Shown here piece after piece: positions 37,670-46,602 of a stretch of DNA of 64,000 nucleotides. This DNA comes from a virus. The stretch is from IMG/VR virus record IMGVR_UViG_3300027733_000001; one strand, given 5' to 3'. The first letter of the stretch is position 1. Each line of letters begins with the position of its first letter. A program made the position numbers and the translations under genes. Under the pieces are notes generated by a model that saw only the letters and a list, made by a program, of their open reading frames with translations, did no database searches and had not been told where the DNA came from.

Positions 37670-38014
37670 TCATTTAGTTGCACTTCTGCGAGTCGCCCAT
37701 GCTTTGTGGGCAGCTGCAGAACGGCGTGCTGCTCTACTATTATTTTTTTGTTTAGTTTTAACTGCCTTACATGCAGCTTCCTTTCGGACAGCTTTGAGCC
37801 TAGCGTTTTTGCGTCGGGTTTCCCATGACTTATATGCGGCCTCAGAGGCTTTACTTCTAACCGCAGCTTTCATAGGCTTAATCTTCACCTTGGTAACATG
37901 ACCCATCTTAACGCCGTATTCCTCTTCCTTAATTAGCCTTTTGGCTAGGATCATACCTGCTTTGACCATGTCTGTGAGGATCTTAGTTACTGCTTTTTCG
38001 TGTGTTTTTTTCAT
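37670..38014 (-). CDS. Highly basic putative DNA-binding protein
   Basis: K/A/R-rich; two SxAAxK(S/A)WxTRR motifs. Confidence 0.6.
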   Translation of the reverse strand: MKKTHEKAVTKILTDMVKAGMILAKRLIKEEEYGVKMGHVTKVKIKPMKAAVRSKASEAAYKSWETRRKNARLKAVRKEAACKAVKTKQKNNSRAARRSAAAHKAWATRRSATK

Positions 38015-38031
38015 ATACTTAATCTAGTTCA

Positions 38032-38784
38032 CTATTCTAATACATGACTCCAGTAGCGGCTGTCTGTATATCCTTGCTTTACATCCCAGTATATGCATCG
38101 CGCAACGTATGGAGGAATCTGCCACATATTACACATATCTAGCCAATGCCTCTCGATTTTCTCGTATTGCTTTGCGTCTTTTGTCTGATCCAGGCCATAG
38201 GCCTGAAACATATGGGTATCCAGACAAACAAGTTTCGCCTGTGTGGGATAGCACATTTCTACGGCAAAACTAGTCTTTGCAGGTCCCAATCCTAGTGTTA
38301 TACGTTTAAGTCTGTTTCTGAAATCTACCCAGGATTCTCCTGCCGCCTTCTTATATGCGCTAGGGTTTTCCCAGAATTTGTATACGAATTCAGAAATGAA
38401 CTTGACTCGCACATTATGCATACCTACCCGACTATTCTGTATAGAGTCGAGTAGATTGTCCCATTTATTCAGCCATAGCCACCACTGCTTGATGGCCATG
38501 TAACCTGTGATGTTCGCCTTCCATGAAGTGTGCACACTCATGAAAGCGAACAGCCAGCGCTGAAGCATCTCACTATCATTCTTTGGAGCTATACTATTCC
38601 AATAGTCCGTGTAGGTCGGAACCATAGAATAGTCCATCTCGTTAAAGAACTTTTCAATCGTCGAATATCGCCACGCCTCAGTTTTTTTAGCTGCGTGTCT
38701 TTGTTCGACGTCCCATAGCTCTAATTGAACTTTTGGTGGGGACACTGAAGTGCCGTCATAACCGGTAATAAAGTTAAGCTGCAT
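38032..38784 (-). CDS. HhH-superfamily DNA glycosylase/lyase (Ogg/EndoIII-like)
   Basis: HhH GLGPAKTSF with catalytic-type Lys; CLDTH Asp. Confidence 0.7.
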   Translation of the reverse strand: MQLNFITGYDGTSVSPPKVQLELWDVEQRHAAKKTEAWRYSTIEKFFNEMDYSMVPTYTDYWNSIAPKNDSEMLQRWLFAFMSVHTSWKANITGYMAIKQWWLWLNKWDNLLDSIQNSRVGMHNVRVKFISEFVYKFWENPSAYKKAAGESWVDFRNRLKRITLGLGPAKTSFAVEMCYPTQAKLVCLDTHMFQAYGLDQTKDAKQYEKIERHWLDMCNMWQIPPYVARCIYWDVKQGYTDSRYWSHVLE

Positions 38785-39298
38785 TTTTAACCTTAGTTAA
38801 CTGGTTTTGATTCTTCCTGCGAAGGAACTCTGCAATCAGTAGTCCGTCTGCATCTTTTTTGATGTTTAGCTGCGGGAACAGCCTTTTACCTATATCTAGA
38901 CTAGCTTTTTTAAGCTCGTCGCTACCTTTAATGCCGCTAGGCAAAAGGTGTTTCTGCCACTCTTTACTGTCGATATACTCATAGGCCCATTGTGAATGCT
39001 CTAGAGCAATCAGTGTAGCTTCAAGAGCACGGATAGCGCTCATAGATGCATTGAACCTTGTACTGTTTACCATAGGTCGCTCAAGACCGACTTTTACAGT
39101 AGGTTCGTTGAAGTCTGCTATGATAGTTCCGAACAGTTCACAGATAGCAGAGAAATCTACCCTGGTTATGTGTTTTGCTTCTTTGGTATAACTCAACTCT
39201 CTTTTTACCGGTAAGGGATAGAGTTCGGCTACACCTTCACTATTGATGACACCTATACCATTGTTAGTTACTCCGTTGTCGATTCCAATATATAACAT
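38774..39298 (-). CDS. RuvC-like Holliday junction resolvase
   Basis: YIGIDNG, LERP, WQKHL, KDADGLLIA. Confidence 0.8.
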   Translation of the reverse strand: MLYIGIDNGVTNNGIGVINSEGVAELYPLPVKRELSYTKEAKHITRVDFSAICELFGTIIADFNEPTVKVGLERPMVNSTRFNASMSAIRALEATLIALEHSQWAYEYIDSKEWQKHLLPSGIKGSDELKKASLDIGKRLFPQLNIKKDADGLLIAEFLRRKNQNQLTKVKNAA

Positions 39299-39347
39299 AA
39301 TATGTAAGGCTCTAGACCTGGGATCGGACCAGATCTAGAACTGAAGG

Positions 39348-40027
39348 TCAGACAATGCTGTTAAGCAACTCCATTACTTTATCGTAATTTTTATGCTTTG
39401 CATTTCTTGACGTTAAGTTGTTTTTCAACCATCTAGCGTCGTCATTGTGCTTTACAGTTTTTCGATAGGTGGGAAGGTCCATCTTAGCAATGAGCTTCTC
39501 AACTTCCGCCAATTTCTGTAGATACTCACTAGCCATAATAGCTACTATGTAGTCAGCAGTTTGATTTCTGCAGCAGACAGTCTGTCTAGAGCTGCAGCAA
39601 CTCCTGCAGAATAGCAGAACGTATCGTCTTCGGCACATTCGCTAGATACACAGATATAATTGCCTGATTTGTGTTTGATCACTACGTGCGTGTATCCACC
39701 CTTCGGCAGAAAAACATACATAGGATCTTTGCGAAACGTAGAAGGCACCACGATAGCTCTACCCTGGTGATTTCTGTTCCCCCACACATTGAACTGAGGC
39801 AGATATAGAGACCAGCGGAGATGTTTGACTCTCACACTGTTCCCTGCGACCTGCAGCGACTCTACAGTTACACCATTTTTGGAGGCATATGTAGGTTTGG
39901 TGGGCCTTTTTCTGGCAGACCATTCCCATGTGCGCCCTGTGGCTGTTTCTGTCTTGATGTATTTCTGTCGCTGTTCATCAAACACAACAGTGTACTCTGT
40001 ACTCGGGTTTTGCTCTAGGCTACTCAT
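39348..40027 (-). other. Two hypothetical genes (39348-39536; 39545-40027)
   Basis: First start placed at MASEY (39536). Confidence 0.6.
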
Positions 40028-41237
40028 TTAAGTAATCGATTCCTCTTACGTTTTCTACTTCAATCTCAAGGTCGGATTTTTTCTTTCTTCTAACCTTGTT
40101 TGTTTCGGCGATTGCAGCTTCTACTTCAGCTGTAGGCATATCAGGGATACCGAAAGCTTCCCTGATCTTTTCTCTGGCTTGTGGACTACTCTTGATCAAC
40201 AGTGCAAGGTCTTGCTCCCTGAACTTTTTCTCTGTATCAATAACGCCTACAATAGGGGCATCCTCAGTCTCGAGGGAGAATTCCATATTAGGAACCTTCC
40301 ATGTGTACCAGCCACCTGTTTTACCTACGATTGCCGGATACTCTTCACCGAGTTTTCTAATCAGTGGGCTGTACCAGTCGATACCTCCCTTGATATGGAT
40401 GTCGAACTCGATCTTCTGACTGTTACCCTCACGGCCAAGTTTATTACGCTTTACCGTTAAAGTATGGGTGGAACCAGCCTTACGCTTTACACCCATATGG
40501 TCTTCCTCAAGGTTATCCTTGATACGGGCAACCTTGAACTGGTATGTGCTGTTGAACCTCTGAGCTTCGCCACCCAGCAAAGCCTCAGGTTTCTCAGCGC
40601 CGAAGCCTGTCATACCGCCAATCTGCTCGCGTAGCTGGTTGGTAGCCACAAACACCATATTCTCGCACTCTAGGTACGGAATGATATGTCTGTAGAAAGC
40701 AGCCATCAGTTTTGCGTGTTCGCCAGGTTTAGCCTGCCCGATCACATCCTGATCGCGCTCGTAGTCTGTGGCACCGCCAGCAATAGAGTCTAGAGCAATC
40801 AGTACAGGAGTTTTCCCGTCGCTGTGCTTGCTATAGTTCTCGATGATCATCTTACACAATGTCAAGGCCTCTTCGATGCCTCTAGGATTGTGATAGATGA
40901 CGCGGGTTGGGTCGACTCCCTGTAGTTCCATATAGCGGAAGTCAGGCGCACTCTCGGTCTCGATCCAGAACATATACCCTCCAGCTTTCTGGAATATTTT
41001 AGCAAGGTCGAACAGCAAGGTAGTCTTGCTGCAACCCTTCTTCCCGTAAACGAGGTAGCACCGACCGTAGGCCATAAACCTACGGTCAAATGCATACTCC
41101 ATTAGGGGGTTATCCAGCACAATGCCTGTAGGAGGAAGCTCCTTGTCTACAGTATTGAGATCTAGATTAACTGCTTCGTTTTTAAATGTTTTTCCGAAGC
41201 TTTTTTTAACTGCACCTAATAGGCTGTCTATGTTCAT
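40020..41237 (-). CDS. RecA/UvsX-like recombinase
   Basis: Walker A GKKGCSKTT, ETE, Walker B LIALDSIA, NQLR, GGEAQRF. Confidence 0.88.
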   Translation of the reverse strand: MNIDSLLGAVKKSFGKTFKNEAVNLDLNTVDKELPPTGIVLDNPLMEYAFDRRFMAYGRCYLVYGKKGCSKTTLLFDLAKIFQKAGGYMFWIETESAPDFRYMELQGVDPTRVIYHNPRGIEEALTLCKMIIENYSKHSDGKTPVLIALDSIAGGATDYERDQDVIGQAKPGEHAKLMAAFYRHIIPYLECENMVFVATNQLREQIGGMTGFGAEKPEALLGGEAQRFNSTYQFKVARIKDNLEEDHMGVKRKAGSTHTLTVKRNKLGREGNSQKIEFDIHIKGGIDWYSPLIRKLGEEYPAIVGKTGGWYTWKVPNMEFSLETEDAPIVGVIDTEKKFREQDLALLIKSSPQAREKIREAFGIPDMPTAEVEAAIAETNKVRRKKKSDLEIEVENVRGIDYLNE

Positions 41238-41243
41238 ATGTTA

Positions 41244-42293
41244 TTAGTCCTGTGCCATGAAACGCTGAGCTTCTTCACGACTCAGCAGCCCAGACATAGG
41301 GTTTTTTGGTAGTGAATTCAGATCCGCAGCGGCTGGAGGATTCACAGCCGCAATCGGAGCCGAGATATTTATCTTAGGGATATCGATCGCTGCAACAGGT
41401 ACAGGAGCAGCAGCCATTACTGGCTTAGCGATTTCCTGTCTAGCTGGCGCCACAGAGACTACTTGTTGAACTTCCCTAGCAGGCGTCCTATCTGCGGCGA
41501 AGCTAGCTCCCTGTACACTATTTCTAGTCAGTCCAGGGAAACCATTCATGCAATCGTCGAACACATCTGGCGCATACATCTCCCTCAGCTTGGCCAGGAT
41601 TTCTTCCTTGCTCTTGGGAACAAAGATATCATCCAGGTTATAGAGATAGTCGCTGTCGGCCAGCTGGAGTGGTAGTTGCACTGCCTGATTGTTCTCGATT
41701 TGAATCATCCACGGATTCGCAGAATTCTCCTTCAACTTTACAAACACCGGCACGCAGCGTTCATGGTCGTTGATAGGTTGACGAGGATTGCCGTTGATGT
41801 CCTTGCCGTCAAGCCAGCTCATCAATCCGTCTGCACCGTTACGGAGCGGCAGATCTAGTACATGGGCACCTGTAGCTAGGTTTTGCGCAAAAGCTACATT
41901 GTAGACTACGCGCTCAGCAATACGCCCACAGAGGGGGTATTTTTTGAACTTCTTGCCGTTGCTCTCTACATCAGTAACACGAGCGTCGTCAGGATAAAGA
42001 ATCCTGAAGTTGTTCGCGAAATACTCTGCAGGGTCTTGTGCCCTGTTCGCTACATAGTATTTTTCTTTGAAGTTCGCGCCGAAGTTGTCGCGGATGTTGA
42101 TCTTTTTGAACCATACACCGTTGCCGCTATCGTCTGCTTTGTATGCAGGCAGGAAATACAGGTAAGCGCCCTCCTGGTTGGTTGTTTTGTTGAATGTTGC
42201 TTTTCGTACGCCTTCTTTGATGTATGGGGAAGAAGCTGCACCAAGGTTGAGTTCAGAGCCTTCGAATCTAAGGGATGGTTTGATGATTGCCAT
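41244..42293 (-). CDS. Putative single-stranded DNA-binding protein (gp32-like)
   Basis: Position beside the recombinase; YLYFLP...VWFKK...YNV pattern; Pro/Ala-rich tail; strong AC-rich leader. Confidence 0.55.
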   Translation of the reverse strand: MAIIKPSLRFEGSELNLGAASSPYIKEGVRKATFNKTTNQEGAYLYFLPAYKADDSGNGVWFKKINIRDNFGANFKEKYYVANRAQDPAEYFANNFRILYPDDARVTDVESNGKKFKKYPLCGRIAERVVYNVAFAQNLATGAHVLDLPLRNGADGLMSWLDGKDINGNPRQPINDHERCVPVFVKLKENSANPWMIQIENNQAVQLPLQLADSDYLYNLDDIFVPKSKEEILAKLREMYAPDVFDDCMNGFPGLTRNSVQGASFAADRTPAREVQQVVSVAPARQEIAKPVMAAAPVPVAAIDIPKINISAPIAAVNPPAAADLNSLPKNPMSGLLSREEAQRFMAQD

Positions 42294-42344
42294 ATGTATT
42301 TGTCTGTTTTGTTTTTGTTTTTATCTATACTGCGATTGTTTGTA

Positions 42345-42938
42345 CTATACCATGAATACTGACTTGAAGGTTTGCTGCCCTCGTAGCTTATTAAGAAAGG
42401 CCTGCACCATCATGCCTGCAACTATTGTGGGCAGGGTATGACTGATGTTTTGTTCTTTCTCGTAAGCTAGTAAGCAACCTCCTTCTTCCTGACTACTGTC
42501 TACGTACGGTTGAAGCTGCTCCTTGGGTAGGTCGCTGTTGAATAGTGCACCCTGACGGCTCGTGCATCGCCCGTCAACCCAGAACAGCTTATCTTTACCT
42601 TTTTCCCAGCCATAGTCGTAGAGCGACTTACGGAAGGGCATACTATCGACACAACTAAAGATCATGTCGTAGTTTTTAAAGTCCTTCGCTGCCATGCGTT
42701 TCTTGATGCCGTTGACCACGTACTTCTCCTCTAATACACTTACCTTGTAGCGGCCCACATCCTCAAGCTTGAAATTCTGATGCAGTAGATTTTTTAGGTC
42801 CACCGTATCGTCATCATAGATGTCTACCTCAAGGTTAGCATAGTCGAACTGCTTGCGGTTGAAGCCATAATCGAAGAATATTGCGAGAAGGTTCGATCCG
42901 ATACCTCCCGCTCCAGCAATACCAATTTTTTTGAACAT
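42345..42938 (-). CDS. ThiF/MoeB/E1-like adenylyltransferase
   Basis: Start MFKKIG at 42938; GAGGIGS, DDDTVDLKNLLHQ, K, CVDS, WVDGR, and a Cys (EGGCL) at the E1 catalytic position; no Zn CxxC pairs. Confidence 0.9.
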   Translation of the reverse strand: MFKKIGIAGAGGIGSNLLAIFFDYGFNRKQFDYANLEVDIYDDDTVDLKNLLHQNFKLEDVGRYKVSVLEEKYVVNGIKKRMAAKDFKNYDMIFSCVDSMPFRKSLYDYGWEKGKDKLFWVDGRCTSRQGALFNSDLPKEQLQPYVDSSQEEGGCLLAYEKEQNISHTLPTIVAGMMVQAFLNKLRGQQTFKSVFMV

Positions 42939-42942
42939 GTGT

Positions 42943-43362
42943 TTATGATTTAAGTAGTGATTGTAGTGTTTTCTTAGGGATATATTGCATGACGCACCTG
43001 TCTTCAACCCACTCAGCGTAGCAGAATGTGGCCGGCTTGGGTGCGAATATTACATTGTACTTGAAGCCCTGGAACAGTTTCTCCAGATCTAGGCTACTTG
43101 GAACAGGCGACCATTGAGGATGGGTATGGAAGCTCGCATGGAACTTCCACCCCTCACCCATCTTTGAGAATACATGCTCTCGCAATTCTTGCTGATCAGT
43201 CTCATACAGCCCTGCAGCTACACTAGTACCTGCATGAATGTTTTTGACTTTTACGAAGCAGTACTCGTTGTTTTTGGATAAGATTATACCGCCCTGCTCT
43301 TCAACAGGGTCGGTACAGCTATCCGCCGCTTCTAGCATGGTCTCCATTAGATATGCATTCAT
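42943..43362 (-). CDS. JAB/JAMM (MPN+) metallopeptidase
   Basis: Start MNAYL at 43362; E(EQGG)...H-T-H-x7-S-x2-D (HTHPQWSPVPSSLD). Confidence 0.92.
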   Translation of the reverse strand: MNAYLMETMLEAADSCTDPVEEQGGIILSKNNEYCFVKVKNIHAGTSVAAGLYETDQQELREHVFSKMGEGWKFHASFHTHPQWSPVPSSLDLEKLFQGFKYNVIFAPKPATFCYAEWVEDRCVMQYIPKKTLQSLLKS

Positions 43363-43366
43363 GCTA

Positions 43367-43993
43367 TTAAAACCGCCTTCTAATTGCGTCGATTGCATTG
43401 ATCGTGCTAGTTAGCTGCTCTCCTGCATGGTTTGTAGCGTTGTGTGCGTCTGCTGCACGTAACTTATAGTACGGCTGAGGATTATCCATATAATTGATAC
43501 TCAACACTTTAGTAATTTCTTCAAGTGACTCAGGATGGCTAGAGCTGCCGCATGCCCATATTTGGGCAATATCAAAATGCAGCCGATGGCCTTTTTCCCC
43601 AAAGAACACATCGAAGAAGTTGATACCTAGTGTCAAGGCTCTGCGACAGATGAATGGATATACAAACTTGAGCCCTCTAAACGTATATGTATGTGCATAT
43701 TCAGGCTTTGTAAGCATATCAAACAACTCAGGCAGCAGGTCTTCCTCAAACTCTGAGTTAACAGACTGCACCTTCATGTCCGATATATCCATCCAGGCTA
43801 GTGCACAAATCTTCGCAGTAGCTGCATTGTATGCTGCTTCTTCGAAGTATTTATTTTTTCTCTTTTCGATATCTTCTTCGATCTTTTTAGGATCCTTTAT
43901 GTTCGCTGCCGCCCTGAATGTAGGGGCGGCAGTTATCAGCTGCTCCATAGGTAAAGGAGCAGTCTCTATATGCAGGATGTATTGTTTACGCAT
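43367..43993 (-). CDS. PolB-type 3'-5' exonuclease-fold protein, predicted inactive
   Basis: Family pattern conserved, but ExoI DIET>HIET, ExoII FDxP>FVYP, and the ExoIII Y/D pair is missing. Confidence 0.7.
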   Translation of the reverse strand: MRKQYILHIETAPLPMEQLITAAPTFRAAANIKDPKKIEEDIEKRKNKYFEEAAYNAATAKICALAWMDISDMKVQSVNSEFEEDLLPELFDMLTKPEYAHTYTFRGLKFVYPFICRRALTLGINFFDVFFGEKGHRLHFDIAQIWACGSSSHPESLEEITKVLSINYMDNPQPYYKLRAADAHNATNHAGEQLTSTINAIDAIRRRF

Positions 43994-46118
43994 TATTTTC
44001 TACTTTGTTTGTATATATTTTGTTAATGACTTCTACCAGTCCGTCAGTCACATCGCGTTCGGGTACATAGTCATTGTGTACATTCTCGGCTCCGGGTTGC
44101 GCTGCTCCCTTGAGTGTATTGATATGCGCTTGCGTGGTACTATCGTTCTTCAACGCCAGCAGCCTTGCAGCAATATCGTCATAACCTGCGCCTGCATAAT
44201 GCCTGTCGTTTACAATGCAGCGATATTGCTTTGTAGCATAGTCGTACACTTTAGCATTTTTGATAACTACCGCATACTCTCTGAGTGTACCCTTGACGTG
44301 ATATGCACACTCGCCCAAAAACTCTATCAACTTAGCGTCAGTAAGTTTTACGGCAGTAGCCAGGAACTCTTTTGAACGCTCGAGGATTTTTCGTTTTTGC
44401 TCGTTAGCCATATCCATCAGTTTGAGGATATCCTCGTTACTGATAAGCACATCAGGGACTGTTTCATCCGTACCGTCTTCCTTCTTTTGCGTTTTCTGGA
44501 AGGTGCAGCAATCAATCAATACTGCCACCAGTTCTTGTGCACACCAGTTATAGTTACGCACACTGGAACGCTTATAGAAGTAGCCTGGTACTGTCTCGAG
44601 ATAGCTCTTATTGTTGGTCTTTCTGTTAAGGGTCTCTACTTTCTTGATCAGTCTACCTAGGTTCACTCGAACCATACGGTCTTTGTCTACCTGCAGCTTG
44701 AAGTATTTGTCTACTGGATCTATGCACAGCTTGAGGGCTGGTGCAGACTCTGTAGGTTCGGCCTTATGATATTCTTCTCTACTGATGGTAGAATGAATCT
44801 TTACAGGCAGTCCGTTAGAGATGATATCATGGTACTTGATACTCATCCTGCTGATACTCTTCAAGAACAGCTTATAATCATCTGCGTTGTGATAGCAGCT
44901 TGCTCGGCTGATCGCTTTTGCCAGCTCGTCTTTATTGATACGCACCTTGTTGATACGGCGCTGGAATGTATCAGTCAACGTGGCATTGATGGGAATGCCG
45001 TTGATCTTGACCTCCGGCAGCACAAGACTGTCTGCTCCTGCAGCCTGTACTTCTTCCTCAAGTGTATCCTCGGCATCTTTGGTTGCTTCAGTTTCAGGAC
45101 TGCGCTTGTTCAGGCTTTTCTCCATGTGTGCCGCATATATGGCTGTGATAGAGTAGATATCAAACTCACCATTGAAGTTAAGCTCTTTGTACAATACGTC
45201 GAGCAGGTCTTCTGCCTCTATAGAGATCTGATCATATAAGGCAGAGCTCTTCGTGAATACAATGTTATTGATTGTAGTCTTTTCGATCTCTCCAGCCACC
45301 AACTTCCCTACAACCTGCAGCGTACTATTCTGTCTATAGTCTTCTTCAATCGCGTCATGAATGTGTGTTGGAAAAGATTCTTTCTTTTTACCACCATCAT
45401 TCATTTTTTTAGCCATCCTGAGTCGTGTAATTTCGGCGGTGTGTACGTTTATGAAACACCCGTGTTGCAACATATCGGCCAGTTTTGGATCGACTGTACA
45501 CATGGCGAAAATATGTGCCACGTTTACATCATATTCGTTAGCCACGATATGTCGGTAGGTCTTTTTAAACCCAACCTTTTGCTCGACGGTATGTACATAA
45601 AATCCCTTATCAAGATAATCGTACATCTTATCATCATTTCTGCAGATGATAGAAATTATATAATTGCCTACATACCCAGGCTTCTTGGCAGTTATAAACC
45701 TGTACGTGTAGTCTCCTTCCGTAATTTCGAGAGGAGTATCCTCAATTAGTTTAGGCTGATACGAAGACGGTGTTTTACACGGCGTAAGCTTCAGCGTCTT
45801 GAATGATTTGGTGTGGTTTGGATTTATATCCACCAACACATGATTCTTGGTCAGCCCGGTACACAACTCAGCGATCTCGTTGCGTACTCTTGCAGCGCTT
45901 GTCAATAGATTCCCATGAATAGGAATCGCGCGCAATTTACAAAAGGTGTACATCTTAGCCACAGATCTAAACTCTAGACTTGTGTATTGTGTACTGTACT
46001 CCATCTCATAACCTGTATTGTATGTGTACTCTAGTTTTACCTCACTTTTATGAAAGCACTTTGATAAGGCTATATATTCTTTAACAATGTCTTTGAATTT
46101 ATCGGATCTAATATTCAT
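43986..46118 (-). CDS. 710-aa protein of unknown function in the Ubl cassette
   Basis: Long intact ORF; C-terminal YRCIVNDRH...GYDDIAARLLALKND block. Confidence 0.85.
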   Translation of the reverse strand: MNIRSDKFKDIVKEYIALSKCFHKSEVKLEYTYNTGYEMEYSTQYTSLEFRSVAKMYTFCKLRAIPIHGNLLTSAARVRNEIAELCTGLTKNHVLVDINPNHTKSFKTLKLTPCKTPSSYQPKLIEDTPLEITEGDYTYRFITAKKPGYVGNYIISIICRNDDKMYDYLDKGFYVHTVEQKVGFKKTYRHIVANEYDVNVAHIFAMCTVDPKLADMLQHGCFINVHTAEITRLRMAKKMNDGGKKKESFPTHIHDAIEEDYRQNSTLQVVGKLVAGEIEKTTINNIVFTKSSALYDQISIEAEDLLDVLYKELNFNGEFDIYSITAIYAAHMEKSLNKRSPETEATKDAEDTLEEEVQAAGADSLVLPEVKINGIPINATLTDTFQRRINKVRINKDELAKAISRASCYHNADDYKLFLKSISRMSIKYHDIISNGLPVKIHSTISREEYHKAEPTESAPALKLCIDPVDKYFKLQVDKDRMVRVNLGRLIKKVETLNRKTNNKSYLETVPGYFYKRSSVRNYNWCAQELVAVLIDCCTFQKTQKKEDGTDETVPDVLISNEDILKLMDMANEQKRKILERSKEFLATAVKLTDAKLIEFLGECAYHVKGTLREYAVVIKNAKVYDYATKQYRCIVNDRHYAGAGYDDIAARLLALKNDSTTQAHINTLKGAAQPGAENVHNDYVPERDVTDGLVEVINKIYTNKVENNA

Positions 46119-46141
46119 AAATATGATACGTGTATGTGTAT

Positions 46142-46177
46142 AAAATAAAACCCCCTGACACGCATGGTGCCAGGGGG
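46142..46177 (-). terminator. Intrinsic terminator after the Ubl gene
   Basis: CCCCCUGGCAC-CAUGC-GUGUCAGGGGG followed by UUUUAUUUU. Confidence 0.8.
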
Positions 46178-46202
46178 CTGTAGATTCAGGTGGAAGTAAA
46201 GC

Positions 46203-46559
46203 TTATTCAGCGATACCCAGACCGCCGACGAGCATGCCTGTCAGCAAGACTGCGGGGTCATGCATTGCCTGAAGTTTGGCTTGCAGCTTCTGCACGTTTT
46301 CCTGGCTGCGGAAATTGCCTCCAGTGAATTCAATTTTCTCACCATTGATGAACACCCAACGAGCTTTCTTTTCTGCATTCTCGAGAATGTTCTCGGTGGC
46401 CTGTTCAAGGCTCAGATCTGCGACAGTGCTGTGACCTGTCCGATCAGCGATCTCAATCTTGTACTTCGCAGGAGCTGCAACAATGGCTGCAGTCACAGCT
46501 TGCAGGTTTTCAAGAGCGACGTTGAGGTTTTCGATGGAGGAGTTGTTTGATGTGGTCAT
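46203..46559 (-). CDS. Ubiquitin-like (ThiS/MoaD beta-grasp) protein with GG plus 5-aa extension
   Basis: KYKIEI (b1), STVADL (b2), helix, WVFINGE (ThiS VxVNGE-like), AVLLTGMLVGG-LGIAE*; start MTTS at 46559. Confidence 0.72.
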   Translation of the reverse strand: MTTSNNSSIENLNVALENLQAVTAAIVAAPAKYKIEIADRTGHSTVADLSLEQATENILENAEKKARWVFINGEKIEFTGGNFRSQENVQKLQAKLQAMHDPAVLLTGMLVGGLGIAE

Positions 46560-46602
46560 ACTATTATTGTGTTTGTGGTTAACTGACTGCTTTGCTGTGA
46601 CC

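Noticed and set aside
37205-37901. Plus-strand ORFs 37205-37456 and 37284-37901
   Set aside because: Antisense to tRNA-Thr and to real minus-strand genes; no motifs.
39311-39339. TCTAGA...TCTAGA hairpin as a tRNA remnant
   Set aside because: No cloverleaf or T-loop; probably a simple intergenic hairpin.
42345-42938. ThiF as a thiamine or molybdopterin auxiliary metabolic gene
   Set aside because: No thiG/thiH/moaE partners are visible, and it lacks the Zn CxxC pairs and rhodanese domain; the JAB/Ubl context fits better. A sulfur-relay role is kept as an alternative in the findings.
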